Of a stretch of 64,000 bases of DNA, positions 30,724 through 39,100 are shown piece by piece. Position 1 is the first letter of the stretch. Each line of letters begins with the position of its first letter. This stretch comes from a virus (lineage: Duplodnaviria > Caudoviricetes), in the IMG/VR virus record IMGVR_UViG_3300025450_001231. One strand, written 5' to 3'. The position numbers and the translations under genes are program-made. The notes under the pieces are model-generated. The model saw nothing but the letters and a program-made list of their open reading frames with translations. It searched no databases and was not told where the DNA came from.

Positions 30724-31725
30724 ATGGCAACATCTTTAGCAGAAATTCGTGCAAAATTACAAGCACAAGAGACACGTGGTAGTAACAACCAATCAGGTGG
30801 AGACAATGGCATTTACGCCCATTGGAACATTCCCGAAAATACAACAGCTCGTATTAGATTCCTTCCAGACGCAAACGCAAGTAACAGTTTTTTCTGGGTT
30901 GAAAGACTCATGATTAAATTGCCATTTGCTGGCATCAAAGGACAAGCGGATAGTAAACCAACTTTTGTACAAGTTCCTTGCGTTGAGATGTGGGGCGAAG
31001 CTTGCCCAATCTTGGCAGAAGTTCGTACTTGGTTTAAGGATTCTTCATTGGAAGAAATGGGTCGTAAGTATTGGAAGAAAAAATCTTATTTGTTCCAAGG
31101 CTTTGTAAGAGATAATCCTATCTCCGATGAAAAGGCTACAGACAATCCAATCCGTAGATTTGTTATCAGTCCACAAATTTTTAACATTGTTAAAAATGCG
31201 TTGATGGATCCAGAATTGGAAAACTTGCCAACAGACTACGAAGGCGGACTTGACTTTAACGTTAAGAAAACCAGCAAAGGCGGTTATGCTGATTATTCAA
31301 CTTCTAGTTGGGCACGTAGAGAAAGTGCATTGACTACTGATGAATTGAAAGCAGTTGAACAATTTGGTTTGTACAACTTGGCTGATTTCTTACCCAAGAA
31401 ACCCAGTGATGCTGAGCTTAAAATCATCAAAGAAATGTTTGAAGCAAGCGTTGATGGCGAAGCATATGATCCAGATCGTTGGGCCAACTATTACAAGCCA
31501 GCAGGTTTGAATAGTGCAGGTAATTCAGCTGCACCAGCAGCAACACCAGTTGCGGCACCTGCCCCAGTAGCAAAAGCTGCACCTGCTCCAGTAGCAGAGT
31601 CAGATGATGCTCCGTTTGATGCAGACGATGTAGTGGCAGAAGCAGTTGCTCCAGTAACAGCTGCCAAACCCAGTAGCCAACGTGCAGAAGACATTTTGGC
31701 AATGATCAGAAACCGTAAACAGTAA
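30724..31725 (+). CDS. single-stranded DNA-binding protein (T4 gp32-like)
   Basis: RIRFLPD, VPCVEMWG..CPI, DYSTSSW; Ala/Pro-rich linker. Confidence 0.9.
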   Translation: MATSLAEIRAKLQAQETRGSNNQSGGDNGIYAHWNIPENTTARIRFLPDANASNSFFWVERLMIKLPFAGIKGQADSKPTFVQVPCVEMWGEACPILAEVRTWFKDSSLEEMGRKYWKKKSYLFQGFVRDNPISDEKATDNPIRRFVISPQIFNIVKNALMDPELENLPTDYEGGLDFNVKKTSKGGYADYSTSSWARRESALTTDELKAVEQFGLYNLADFLPKKPSDAELKIIKEMFEASVDGEAYDPDRWANYYKPAGLNSAGNSAAPAATPVAAPAPVAKAAPAPVAESDDAPFDADDVVAEAVAPVTAAKPSSQRAEDILAMIRNRKQ

Positions 31726-31791
31726 TTAGCTGTGCTTGTGTCAGGACAGGGCTCACGGTCCCTGTCCAATTTTCAATGAAAGAACAATAAT

Positions 31792-32865
31792 ATGGCTAAG
31801 CCTTTCGACATTTCCAAATTTAGAAAAAATATCACAAAATCAATTGATGGTATTAGTATGGGATTTAATGATCCTACCGATTGGATCAGTACCAACAACT
31901 ATGCATTAAACTATCTTATCAGTGGAGACTTCCATAAAGGAATTCCAATGGGTAAGGTTACAGTTTTTGCAGGAGAATCCGGAGCAGGTAAAAGTTTTAT
32001 CTGTAGCGGTAATTTAATTAAAAATGCGCAAGAACAAGGAATTTATCCTATCTTGATTGATACAGAAAACGCATTAGATGAAAAATGGTTACACGCATTA
32101 GGCGTTGATACCAGCGAAGATAAGTTGCTTAAACTCAATATGGCAATGATTGATGATGTGGCTAAAATGATTACAGAGTTTGTTAAAGAGTATAAAACAC
32201 TTCCAGAAACAGATCGTCCAAAAGTTTTGATTGTGTTGGACAGTTTAGGTATGCTATTGACTCCAACTGATGTTAACCAGTTTGAAGCAGGTGACTTAAA
32301 AGGTGATATGGGCCGTAAGCCTAAAGCACTCACTGCATTGGTTCGTAACTGTGTTAATATGTTTGGTAGTTTGAATATCGGCCTAGTAGCAACTAACCAC
32401 ACTTATGCAAGTCAAGATATGTTTGACCCAGATGACAAGATTTCAGGTGGTCAAGGCTTTATCTATGCCAGCAGTATCGTAGTTGCTATGCGTAAGTTAA
32501 AGCTCAAAGAGGACGAAGATGGTAACAAAGTAAGTGAAGTAAAAGGTATTCGTGCTGCTTGTAAGATTATGAAAACCCGTTATGCCAAACCTTTTGAATC
32601 AGTACAAGTTAAAATCCCTTACGAAACAGGAATGAATCCTTACTCAGGATTGGTTGATATGTTTGAGGGTAAAGGTTTATTGGCAAAAGAAGGGAATAGT
32701 CTTAAATATACACTAGTAGATGGGACAGTTATTAAACAGTTTCGCAAGGCTTGGGAACGTAATGAAGATGGTAGTTTAGATCGTGTAATGGCCGACTTTA
32801 CTGCACATCCGCATCAAACACAAACTGAAGAAGCTGTACAACCTGAAGAGGAATCAGTAGAATGA
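31792..32865 (+). CDS. uvsX: RecA-like recombinase
   Basis: FAGESGAGKS, IDTENALD, VLDSLGML, GGQGFIYASS. Confidence 0.92.
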   Translation: MAKPFDISKFRKNITKSIDGISMGFNDPTDWISTNNYALNYLISGDFHKGIPMGKVTVFAGESGAGKSFICSGNLIKNAQEQGIYPILIDTENALDEKWLHALGVDTSEDKLLKLNMAMIDDVAKMITEFVKEYKTLPETDRPKVLIVLDSLGMLLTPTDVNQFEAGDLKGDMGRKPKALTALVRNCVNMFGSLNIGLVATNHTYASQDMFDPDDKISGGQGFIYASSIVVAMRKLKLKEDEDGNKVSEVKGIRAACKIMKTRYAKPFESVQVKIPYETGMNPYSGLVDMFEGKGLLAKEGNSLKYTLVDGTVIKQFRKAWERNEDGSLDRVMADFTAHPHQTQTEEAVQPEEESVE

Positions 32866-33086
32866 CAATCGAAGTAGATGTATTAGGCGAAGTATACAGC
32901 ACACTAAAGCAGTATATTCCACAAAAAGACCGTCAAGAGGCCAGTGATAATCTTATGAGTATTCTTGTTGACTTTTTAAGCGACAAGGATCTTAAAGATT
33001 TTGGTGGTACAGACTCGTATACTAAGAAAAGCTTTGAAGAATACGCCGATGGCGATGACGAAGATTACGAAGACTACGAAGAATAA
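32862..33086 (+). CDS. hypothetical acidic protein
   Basis: 74 aa ORF coupled to uvsX. Confidence 0.6.
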   Translation: MTIEVDVLGEVYSTLKQYIPQKDRQEASDNLMSILVDFLSDKDLKDFGGTDSYTKKSFEEYADGDDEDYEDYEE

Positions 33087-33088
33087 CC

Positions 33089-33541
33089 ATGTGGTACAAC
33101 AAAGTTGTTGCCGACTTGGGAAATATTCCCGCCTTCATTGACTATTACGAAAACGAGCTAATCGAAGCCAAATACGATTGCTCGGTTAAAGGTCACTTGG
33201 AAAAAAATATTGCAGCTTTGCCTGGTATAACTGAACAGAGATTTAATCAGCTTCAAGAAATTGAAGCTGTATTAAACTTTTTGAATATTCAATTACGAAA
33301 GATTCGTAAGAAACACTTTCAAAAATACCTTGAAGGCTATGCCCGAGCACTTACAAGTCGCGATGCTGAAAAGTATGTAGACGGCGAAGATGAAGTCATT
33401 GACTTTGAAACTATTATCAACGAAGTAGCACTGATTAGAAACAAATGGCTGGGCTTAATGAAGGGTCTTGAAAGCAAGAACTTTATGATAGGTCACGTTG
33501 CTCGACTCAGAACTGCAGGTATGGAAGATATTACACTATAA
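33089..33541 (+). CDS. uvsY: recombination mediator protein
   Basis: YLEGYARALTSRDAEKYVDGE and KGLESK; follows uvsX. Confidence 0.75.
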   Translation: MWYNKVVADLGNIPAFIDYYENELIEAKYDCSVKGHLEKNIAALPGITEQRFNQLQEIEAVLNFLNIQLRKIRKKHFQKYLEGYARALTSRDAEKYVDGEDEVIDFETIINEVALIRNKWLGLMKGLESKNFMIGHVARLRTAGMEDITL

Positions 33542-33549
33542 GTAATAAT

Positions 33550-34329
33550 ATGAAAATAGTATTATGCACCGGGGGGTTTGACCCAGTCCACAGTGGACAT
33601 ATCAAATTACTTAAAGCTTCAAAAACATTGGGCGATATGCTGATCGTAGGAATTAATTCCGATGCTTGGCTTGAGCGTAAAAAAGGTCGGGCATTTATGC
33701 CATTCCAAGAGCGAGCCTGTATAATTGATAATCTATCAATGGTTGATTATGTAATCAACTTTAGCGATGACGATAATACTGCTTGTGATGCTATTCGTAA
33801 AGTTCGTGCTGAATATCCCGACGCTGAAATTATTTTTGCAAACGGCGGAGACCGTACTAAAGAAAACATTCCTGAAATGATTTTCGACGATGTAGAATTT
33901 GTATTTGGAGTAGGTGGAGAAGACAAAGCCAACAGCAGTAGTTGGATATTACAAGAATGGAAAGCACCCAAAACAAATCGTACTTGGGGATACTATCGAG
34001 TACTGCACGAAAATGGCAAGCAAGTTAAACTTAAAGAATTAACTGTAGCTCCGGGAAAATATTTAAGTATGCAACGTCACAGTGACCGTGCGGAACATTG
34101 GTTCGTAGCAGAAGGTACTGCCACAGTATATACTGTCAATCGCAGTACAGATACAGAACTATTGGGAGTGTTTGATACATTTGAACACATACATATCAAT
34201 CGTACTGAATGGCACCAGTTGGCCAATGAGACCAGTGCACCATTAAAGATTATCGAGATTCAATACGGTGAGAATTGTGTTGAAGAAGATATCGAACGTA
34301 TATCAATGTCAGTGGCTACCGGGCATTAA
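33550..34329 (+). CDS. cytidylyltransferase (RfaE-like) fused to type II mannose-6-phosphate isomerase cupin
   Basis: TGGFDPVHSGH, ANGGDR; C-terminal RTWGYY...SMQRH...EHW...IEIQYG. Confidence 0.85.
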   Translation: MKIVLCTGGFDPVHSGHIKLLKASKTLGDMLIVGINSDAWLERKKGRAFMPFQERACIIDNLSMVDYVINFSDDDNTACDAIRKVRAEYPDAEIIFANGGDRTKENIPEMIFDDVEFVFGVGGEDKANSSSWILQEWKAPKTNRTWGYYRVLHENGKQVKLKELTVAPGKYLSMQRHSDRAEHWFVAEGTATVYTVNRSTDTELLGVFDTFEHIHINRTEWHQLANETSAPLKIIEIQYGENCVEEDIERISMSVATGH

Positions 34330-34881
34330 TAAGCCAAACATTTCTTCTTGACTCTGTAGGATTAATCTATATAAGTTGCGATGCTTAAATGCATACTCTT
34401 GTCCTACGCTAGTCAATGTTGCAGGAGGCAATTTGCAACGACTTTCAGTCTCAGTACCACTGGTAAAGTTCTTAACTTCGAGACTATGCTTTTCACATAA
34501 GTGGCGAATGGCCTTGTTCCAAGTCAAACAATGCATAAACAAATGACTGTAGCCTCTGTTACGTGCCCACACAATTGCTTCTTCCATCAATTGATCTGCA
34601 ATACCTTGTTTGCGATTGGCACCGTTAACAATAATACCAAATTCAACTTCTGTTTCGTTGACTACTGCAATATGTACTGCACCAATCCATACTTTATTTC
34701 TTTCGGCAACTAAAAAATAGTTTTGCTCGGGATTCTTTACAAATCCTTCTACCAAGTGATCAATAAAGTAATCAGTTACAGGCAAGCCAAAGAACATTCG
34801 AATGGTTTCTTCGTCTTGTTCTTTAAGCCAATCTGCGTATAAGTAATATTCAGTTTGTGACAGGAATCTGGTTGTTATCAT
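34309..34881 (-). CDS. GNAT family N-acetyltransferase
   Basis: EFGIIV...RKQGIADQLM and N..IRHLCEKH. Confidence 0.8.
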   Translation of the reverse strand: MITTRFLSQTEYYLYADWLKEQDEETIRMFFGLPVTDYFIDHLVEGFVKNPEQNYFLVAERNKVWIGAVHIAVVNETEVEFGIIVNGANRKQGIADQLMEEAIVWARNRGYSHLFMHCLTWNKAIRHLCEKHSLEVKNFTSGTETESRCKLPPATLTSVGQEYAFKHRNLYRLILQSQEEMFGLLMPGSH

Positions 34882-35203
34882 AAAAATATTTAGTTGAATC
34901 TGCAGTCTCTACAATAATACTGCCATAGTCTTTTACTATAGTTAAGTGGTTATCTTGTGCAAAATTTAGTACAAAATCAAACGCCAACGGTTCGATATCG
35001 TTGAGTTTAGTGTCTAAAATAACACATTTGATCTGATCTATTACCGTAGGCATAACATACACTGAATAACCTGGATTTTTAATGTTAGTGATCTTTTGTG
35101 CATTAGGGCGATAATGTGCTACAACCGAACACAGTCTATCACTCCAATCACTGGGCCTAAAAATTGCACCAGCAATAGTTATTCCTTTGATAAGATATTT
35201 CAT
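34850..35203 (-). CDS. DUF3579-like protein
   Basis: IKGIT..G.IFRPSDWSDRL motif; ATG at 35203 overlaps the upstream stop. Confidence 0.7.
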   Translation of the reverse strand: MKYLIKGITIAGAIFRPSDWSDRLCSVVAHYRPNAQKITNIKNPGYSVYVMPTVIDQIKCVILDTKLNDIEPLAFDFVLNFAQDNHLTIVKDYGSIIVETADSTKYFYDNNQIPVTN

Positions 35204-35304
35204 GCTGATGCTATAGTATATGCTAACACTAAAATAAGACAAGTGATTGCAAATTTAACACCAAATTCTTCAATTTGACTGATTTTGTTGATTGCTTGAA
35301 TCAT
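35200..35304 (-). CDS. small membrane peptide (34 aa)
   Basis: MIQAINKISQIEEFGVKFAITCLILVLAYTIASA; below the ORF-track cutoff. Confidence 0.5.
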   Translation of the reverse strand: MIQAINKISQIEEFGVKFAITCLILVLAYTIASA

Positions 35305-35307
35305 TGA

Positions 35308-35412
35308 TTACTTTCCGTTATGCAAACTACTTACCAACTGATCCGCACGAGCTTTACGAGCTTCGATAATAGATTCTAACATTGTTTTGAAAAAAGATTT
35401 AATTGTGTTCAT
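35308..35412 (-). CDS. small protein (34 aa)
   Basis: MNTIKSFFKTMLESIIEARKARADQLVSSLHNGK; AAGGA RBS upstream. Confidence 0.55.
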   Translation of the reverse strand: MNTIKSFFKTMLESIIEARKARADQLVSSLHNGK

Positions 35413-35423
35413 AATATTATTCC

Positions 35424-35519
35424 TTATTTTGATAAAACAGTTAATGTTAAACCAAGTGCTAACGCTAATAGTGTATAGGTCAGAACTTTCATGGTTGCAA
35501 CAAATAATTCATCATTCAT
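35424..35519 (-). CDS. small membrane peptide (31 aa)
   Basis: MNDELFVATMKVLTYTLLALALGLTLTVLSK; ATGA coupling. Confidence 0.5.
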   Translation of the reverse strand: MNDELFVATMKVLTYTLLALALGLTLTVLSK

Positions 35520-35665
35520 ACTAGACCGCCGTATCTTTGTTGATCATAATGACGTAACCAAAATTCAACTTCTGCAGGTGAACTTGGGTTTTTGCTGGCA
35601 ATATATGCTTCCATTGCCGTTGGAGTGTTTAATAGTTTTTTAAGTTTATTGATTAAGTGTAACAT
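35516..35665 (-). CDS. DUF3563-like small protein (49 aa)
   Basis: MEAYIASKNPSSPAEVEFWLRHYD; AAGGAAAA RBS. Confidence 0.55.
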   Translation of the reverse strand: MLHLINKLKKLLNTPTAMEAYIASKNPSSPAEVEFWLRHYDQQRYGGLV

Positions 35666-35817
35666 TGTGTGTTTTCCTTGTTATAGTAAAAACTAATGGT
35701 TTCTACTAATAGTATTTATACTGATGTTAGTATAACACAACGATTTATGCATAGCTATTGAATATGGCTAAATCTTTGTGCTATAATTTGTTTTTATTAA
35801 CTAAATAGGATATAACC

Positions 35818-37359
35818 GTGAAAAATATGAGAATTACCGACATCATTACAGAAGATTTGGCAGTGGATGCAAGATATGCAACCAGAGCAGAGATGAATAT
35901 TCTTTCCCAAAAGCTATCTGCCCAATTACCAGAGTATAGATTTAGTGTTGAAAAGAAATCTACTAGTGAAGTAATTTATATTCGTATTTTTAACGCAGAC
36001 AAGCAAGCTATCGTTGATTACTTTAGAGCACAAGGTCTTGACCAATTGCCGTTAGAGCCTGAACAAGCAGGCATTAGCGCAAAGTATCGCAATAATATTT
36101 TAAGTTATCAAACCAGTAGTAGACACATTGAGCCTATTGCTCAAAATAAACAACACAAAGTACCACAAACAAAAACCAATGCACAAACTGTTATCTATAC
36201 ATTGGTTGTAGCCAGTTCTGGTAAAGAAGAAGAAACTGGTGTTGGTGTTAGCATTAAAGAATTTACTCCTACTAGTTTGGGACTAGCAGGCCGTAAGTAT
36301 ACAAAAGACACATTGATCCAAGCTGCTCAACAAGCAGTAGCTGAAAAAACCAAAACTCGCAAAGATCTACAACAGATTTTGTTGGGGCTGATTGATGTTG
36401 CAGCCAACGGTGGCAAAGGTACACTACCTCCAGCAGTTAATCAAAATTTAAGCGGTAGAGCACGCAATCAACTTAGCGTGGACTTTGGTGAAATACTTGC
36501 TCCTATACTGATTGCAGAAAATGATCAAGAAATTGAATTCCCTGCAGATGGAAACTTCCCATTGATTGACGTGATTGTCAACAAGGTTAATTATAGTGTC
36601 AAGAGCTTAACAGGTTCGGGTACTAGTTTTCGCAGTATCAGTGATTTAATGGATAACTTTGAAAAGACTGTTGAGAAAGATACTAAACAAGAAAAATTGT
36701 TTGCGTTATTCAAAGGCTACCATCCTAAATCAGGCGGCTCCAACAAAGACAAAATTCTTCGTGCAGCCCAATTGATTCAGGTTCCAGAACTTAAAAAACT
36801 GACATCGTCTTTGGGCAAAAAAATTAGCGGTGACATTAATTTTGAAAATCTTAAAGCCATTTTGGCAAAAGTTGTAGACCCAACTGACAAAAGTACAGAT
36901 GCATACACAAAGTTTTTGAATTGGGTTTACCCCAGTATGACTGCCGGCGGTTGGGGAAAACCAGTTGGGCTACCACAAGACGGCAATCGCTATATGGGAA
37001 ACAAGACCAAGACCAAAAGCAAAGACGAAAAAGGTTCAGATGAACCAATCGAAAAAACCGCAGGCTATCCCAGTTTCCGTGCTGATCCTCTAGAAGCTGC
37101 GGCCAACATAGTAACTTATATGTTGGGAGTTGCAACACTTAACGCAGTCACTCGTGGCCCAGATGCCGACGATTATGCTCATATGATGACCAACGTGGTC
37201 AACCAAAGTTCAGCGTCTTTGGGAAGATTGGACATAACAGACAGCGGCGGTTTGGTTGTTTCTACCAAGCCATTCAGTGAATTGAAGTTCAAATTCCAAT
37301 ATCACGCACCAAGTCATTTACCAGGAAATAATTTACCTGGCTTTATGATAGTGTATTGA
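35818..37359 (+). CDS. putative PD-(D/E)XK nuclease with capsid-targeting-like N-terminus
   Basis: FGEIL...PLIDVIVNKVNYSVK motif; MRITDIITED N-terminus; adjacent to a DNA MTase. Confidence 0.5.
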   Translation: MKNMRITDIITEDLAVDARYATRAEMNILSQKLSAQLPEYRFSVEKKSTSEVIYIRIFNADKQAIVDYFRAQGLDQLPLEPEQAGISAKYRNNILSYQTSSRHIEPIAQNKQHKVPQTKTNAQTVIYTLVVASSGKEEETGVGVSIKEFTPTSLGLAGRKYTKDTLIQAAQQAVAEKTKTRKDLQQILLGLIDVAANGGKGTLPPAVNQNLSGRARNQLSVDFGEILAPILIAENDQEIEFPADGNFPLIDVIVNKVNYSVKSLTGSGTSFRSISDLMDNFEKTVEKDTKQEKLFALFKGYHPKSGGSNKDKILRAAQLIQVPELKKLTSSLGKKISGDINFENLKAILAKVVDPTDKSTDAYTKFLNWVYPSMTAGGWGKPVGLPQDGNRYMGNKTKTKSKDEKGSDEPIEKTAGYPSFRADPLEAAANIVTYMLGVATLNAVTRGPDADDYAHMMTNVVNQSSASLGRLDITDSGGLVVSTKPFSELKFKFQYHAPSHLPGNNLPGFMIVY

Positions 37360-37384
37360 CATTTAATACAATCTCTGCTATAAT
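37356..37384 (+). promoter_or_regulatory. sigma70-type promoter, leaderless MTase transcript
   Basis: TTGACA-17-TATAAT; ATG at 37391. Confidence 0.85.
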
Positions 37385-37390
37385 ACTCAT

Positions 37391-38305
37391 ATGATTACAC
37401 GCATTAACGGTGATTGCATAGAAGTCGCCTATGAAATTCCAGATCTTAGTATTGACTTACTGTTAACAGATCCTCCCTACAATATCAGTGGTGGTGGAGC
37501 TGAGCCTGTTTGGATTGACAAAGCCACTGGCCTAAACAAAACTACAATACACAATCAAAACTTCAGCAAAGACTTTGCTGAAAATTGGGATGATGTTGAG
37601 CACGATGAATTTCTAAGTCAACTTGACTCTTGGAGTGAAATGTGGTTCTCAAAGTTGCGTAAAGGTGCTAGCTTTGCTGTATTCATCAGTGACCAATATG
37701 TCAGTTACTTGTGGAAAAGTATGGAGCGTGCAGGGTTTGAACCTAAACGTGTTTGGACTTGGAAAAAGCCTGCAGCAGTTCCATTCAATCGACAGGTAAA
37801 TCCGGTAAGTGCTTGTGAGTATATCCTGTGGGGAATCAAACCCGGAGGTAAGCGTACATTTAATGCAGATGCAGCTCCTGGCACTATTGTTGAGCGTTAT
37901 GCGGCTGCTGATAAAATCAGTAGCATTGTCTACAAGTTAGCAAAAGAAACAGACGCTGAAGCCAACTTGGAACGAATCTTTGCACAAGCATTGGCAGAAG
38001 CAAAAACAATGTTACGTGATCGTAAGCGAGATAAAGGTAATGTACAATGTGTAATTCCCAACACTATCACTTATAGTGGCGGATTGGGAAAGAATAAGAT
38101 TCATCCAACTGAAAAGCCAGTGGAATTATTAGAGTACTTTATTGAACTGCTAAGTAATGAAAACGACACGGTATTGGATACATTTGCGGGCAGTGGCAGC
38201 ACAGGTGTTGCTGCTGAACGTAGAAATAGAAATTGCATCTTAATTGAACGTGACAGAGATATGTTTTTTAAGATGAGTAAAAAGTTTAATGCGCTGGTAA
38301 CTTAA
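37391..38305 (+). CDS. beta-class N4-cytosine/N6-adenine DNA methyltransferase
   Basis: DLLLTDPPY near the N-terminus, HPTEKP, VLDTFAGSGSTG near the C-terminus. Confidence 0.9.
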   Translation: MITRINGDCIEVAYEIPDLSIDLLLTDPPYNISGGGAEPVWIDKATGLNKTTIHNQNFSKDFAENWDDVEHDEFLSQLDSWSEMWFSKLRKGASFAVFISDQYVSYLWKSMERAGFEPKRVWTWKKPAAVPFNRQVNPVSACEYILWGIKPGGKRTFNADAAPGTIVERYAAADKISSIVYKLAKETDAEANLERIFAQALAEAKTMLRDRKRDKGNVQCVIPNTITYSGGLGKNKIHPTEKPVELLEYFIELLSNENDTVLDTFAGSGSTGVAAERRNRNCILIERDRDMFFKMSKKFNALVT

Positions 38306-38325
38306 ATCCGACAAGGATTATTTGT

Positions 38326-38397
38326 GCGACTTTAGCATAGCGGTAGTGCCGAGAACTCATAATTCTTACGGGACTGGTTCGAATCCAGTAGGTCGCA
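38326..38397 (+). tRNA. tRNA with CAT anticodon (Ile2 or elongator Met); 3-prime end CAA rather than CCA
   Basis: GCGACTT/AGGTCGC acceptor, GAGAA-CTCATAA-TTCTT, GGTTCGAATCC. Confidence 0.8.
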
Positions 38398-38438
38398 CAA
38401 ATAATCTTTTAATTCTTTCCACCATTTATCCAAAATCA

Positions 38439-38467
38439 TTGACAATCAAGACTAAATAAAATATAAT
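38439..38467 (+). promoter_or_regulatory. perfect sigma70 promoter of the attenuator leader
   Basis: TTGACA-17-TATAAT. Confidence 0.9.
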
Positions 38468-38474
38468 AGATACT

Positions 38475-38618
38475 ATGATGACTAACACTTTTAATCATTT
38501 GTGCAGACAAAACCAACAACCCAAACTAAGTCTGGGTGGCGTAGTAGCCTATTGGTCTATGACATCTGCAACAGAGATTAATAGTTCAGATCGTTTACCA
38601 AGCAGGGGTTTAAGTTAA
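38475..38618 (+). CDS. putative leaderless leader peptide (47 aa, all 20 amino acids)
   Basis: MMTNTFNHLCRQNQQPKLSLGGVVAYWSMTSATEINSSDRLPSRGLS; starts at the predicted +1 and stops inside the antiterminator arm. Confidence 0.65.
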   Translation: MMTNTFNHLCRQNQQPKLSLGGVVAYWSMTSATEINSSDRLPSRGLS

Positions 38619-38651
38619 CATATTCTATTAAAGTATTTTAACTTAAACCCC
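38605..38651 (+). promoter_or_regulatory. antiterminator hairpin
   Basis: GGGGTTTAAGTTAA (38605-18) is the perfect reverse complement of TTAACTTAAACCCC (38638-51). Confidence 0.7.
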
Positions 38652-38681
38652 AGGACTAAAAACCCTGGGGTTTTTGTTTTT
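38645..38681 (+). terminator. intrinsic (attenuator) terminator
   Basis: AAACCCCAGG/CCTGGGGTTT 10-bp stem plus TTGTTTTT tail; shares AAACCCC with the antiterminator. Confidence 0.85.
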
Positions 38682-38696
38682 GTAAAGGAGAAAACT

Positions 38697-38849
38697 GTGA
38701 ACAAAAATTTAATTAGACAACAAAAGTTTTTGCAAGAGCATACTTTGACTCCTGAAAAGAGAGCAAAGTTAATTGAAGAAAAGCTCAAACGAGCAGAAGC
38801 TTTATTAAAAGAGATTATGGAAAAAGATAAGAAATTATCAAAAGATTAA
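38697..38849 (+). CDS. small charged helical protein (50 aa)
   Basis: AAGGAG RBS, GTG start; MNKNLIRQQKFLQEHTLTPEKRAKLIEEKLKRAEALLKEIMEKDKKLSKD. Confidence 0.6.
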   Translation: MNKNLIRQQKFLQEHTLTPEKRAKLIEEKLKRAEALLKEIMEKDKKLSKD

Positions 38850-38859
38850 TCAAAGTGAA

Positions 38860-39042
38860 AAAAAGGAAACGAGGTCCTTAGCACACTATAAATAGCTAGA
38901 ACGGGCGGAGACAGGGATGGCTTATCTTCTTGTAGATAAAAAAATCTGTCATAGTAAAGTTCATTAGATGAATATGTAACGTGAAGACGTTGGCTCCCAT
39001 TGACCGGGACGTTCGAAACAAAATACTAGTGAACTTTACTAT
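38860..39042 (+). ncRNA. candidate structured ncRNA(s)
   Basis: No ORF; nested stems GACAG/CTGTC and TTATCT/AGATAA, and a 17-bp stem 38951-67 with 39026-42 enclosing hairpins and GTTCGAAAC. Confidence 0.4.
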
Positions 39043-39048
39043 AAACTC

Positions 39049-39077
39049 TTGACACATTCAATTTTTGTTGTTATAAT
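39049..39077 (+). promoter_or_regulatory. sigma70-type promoter
   Basis: TTGACA-17-TATAAT. Confidence 0.85.
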
Positions 39078-39100
39078 ATGTTTTTAAGGACACAATACCA

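Noticed and set aside
31491-31769. Ala/Pro-rich repeats and antisense ORFs over the gp32 C-terminus
   Set aside because: Ordinary low-complexity linker of the SSB; the antisense ORFs are compositional artefacts
38439-38690. T-box riboswitch interpretation of the attenuator
   Set aside because: No T-box consensus (AATTAGGGTGGTACCGCG-like) or stem I specifier loop was seen; the leader ORF explains the structure better
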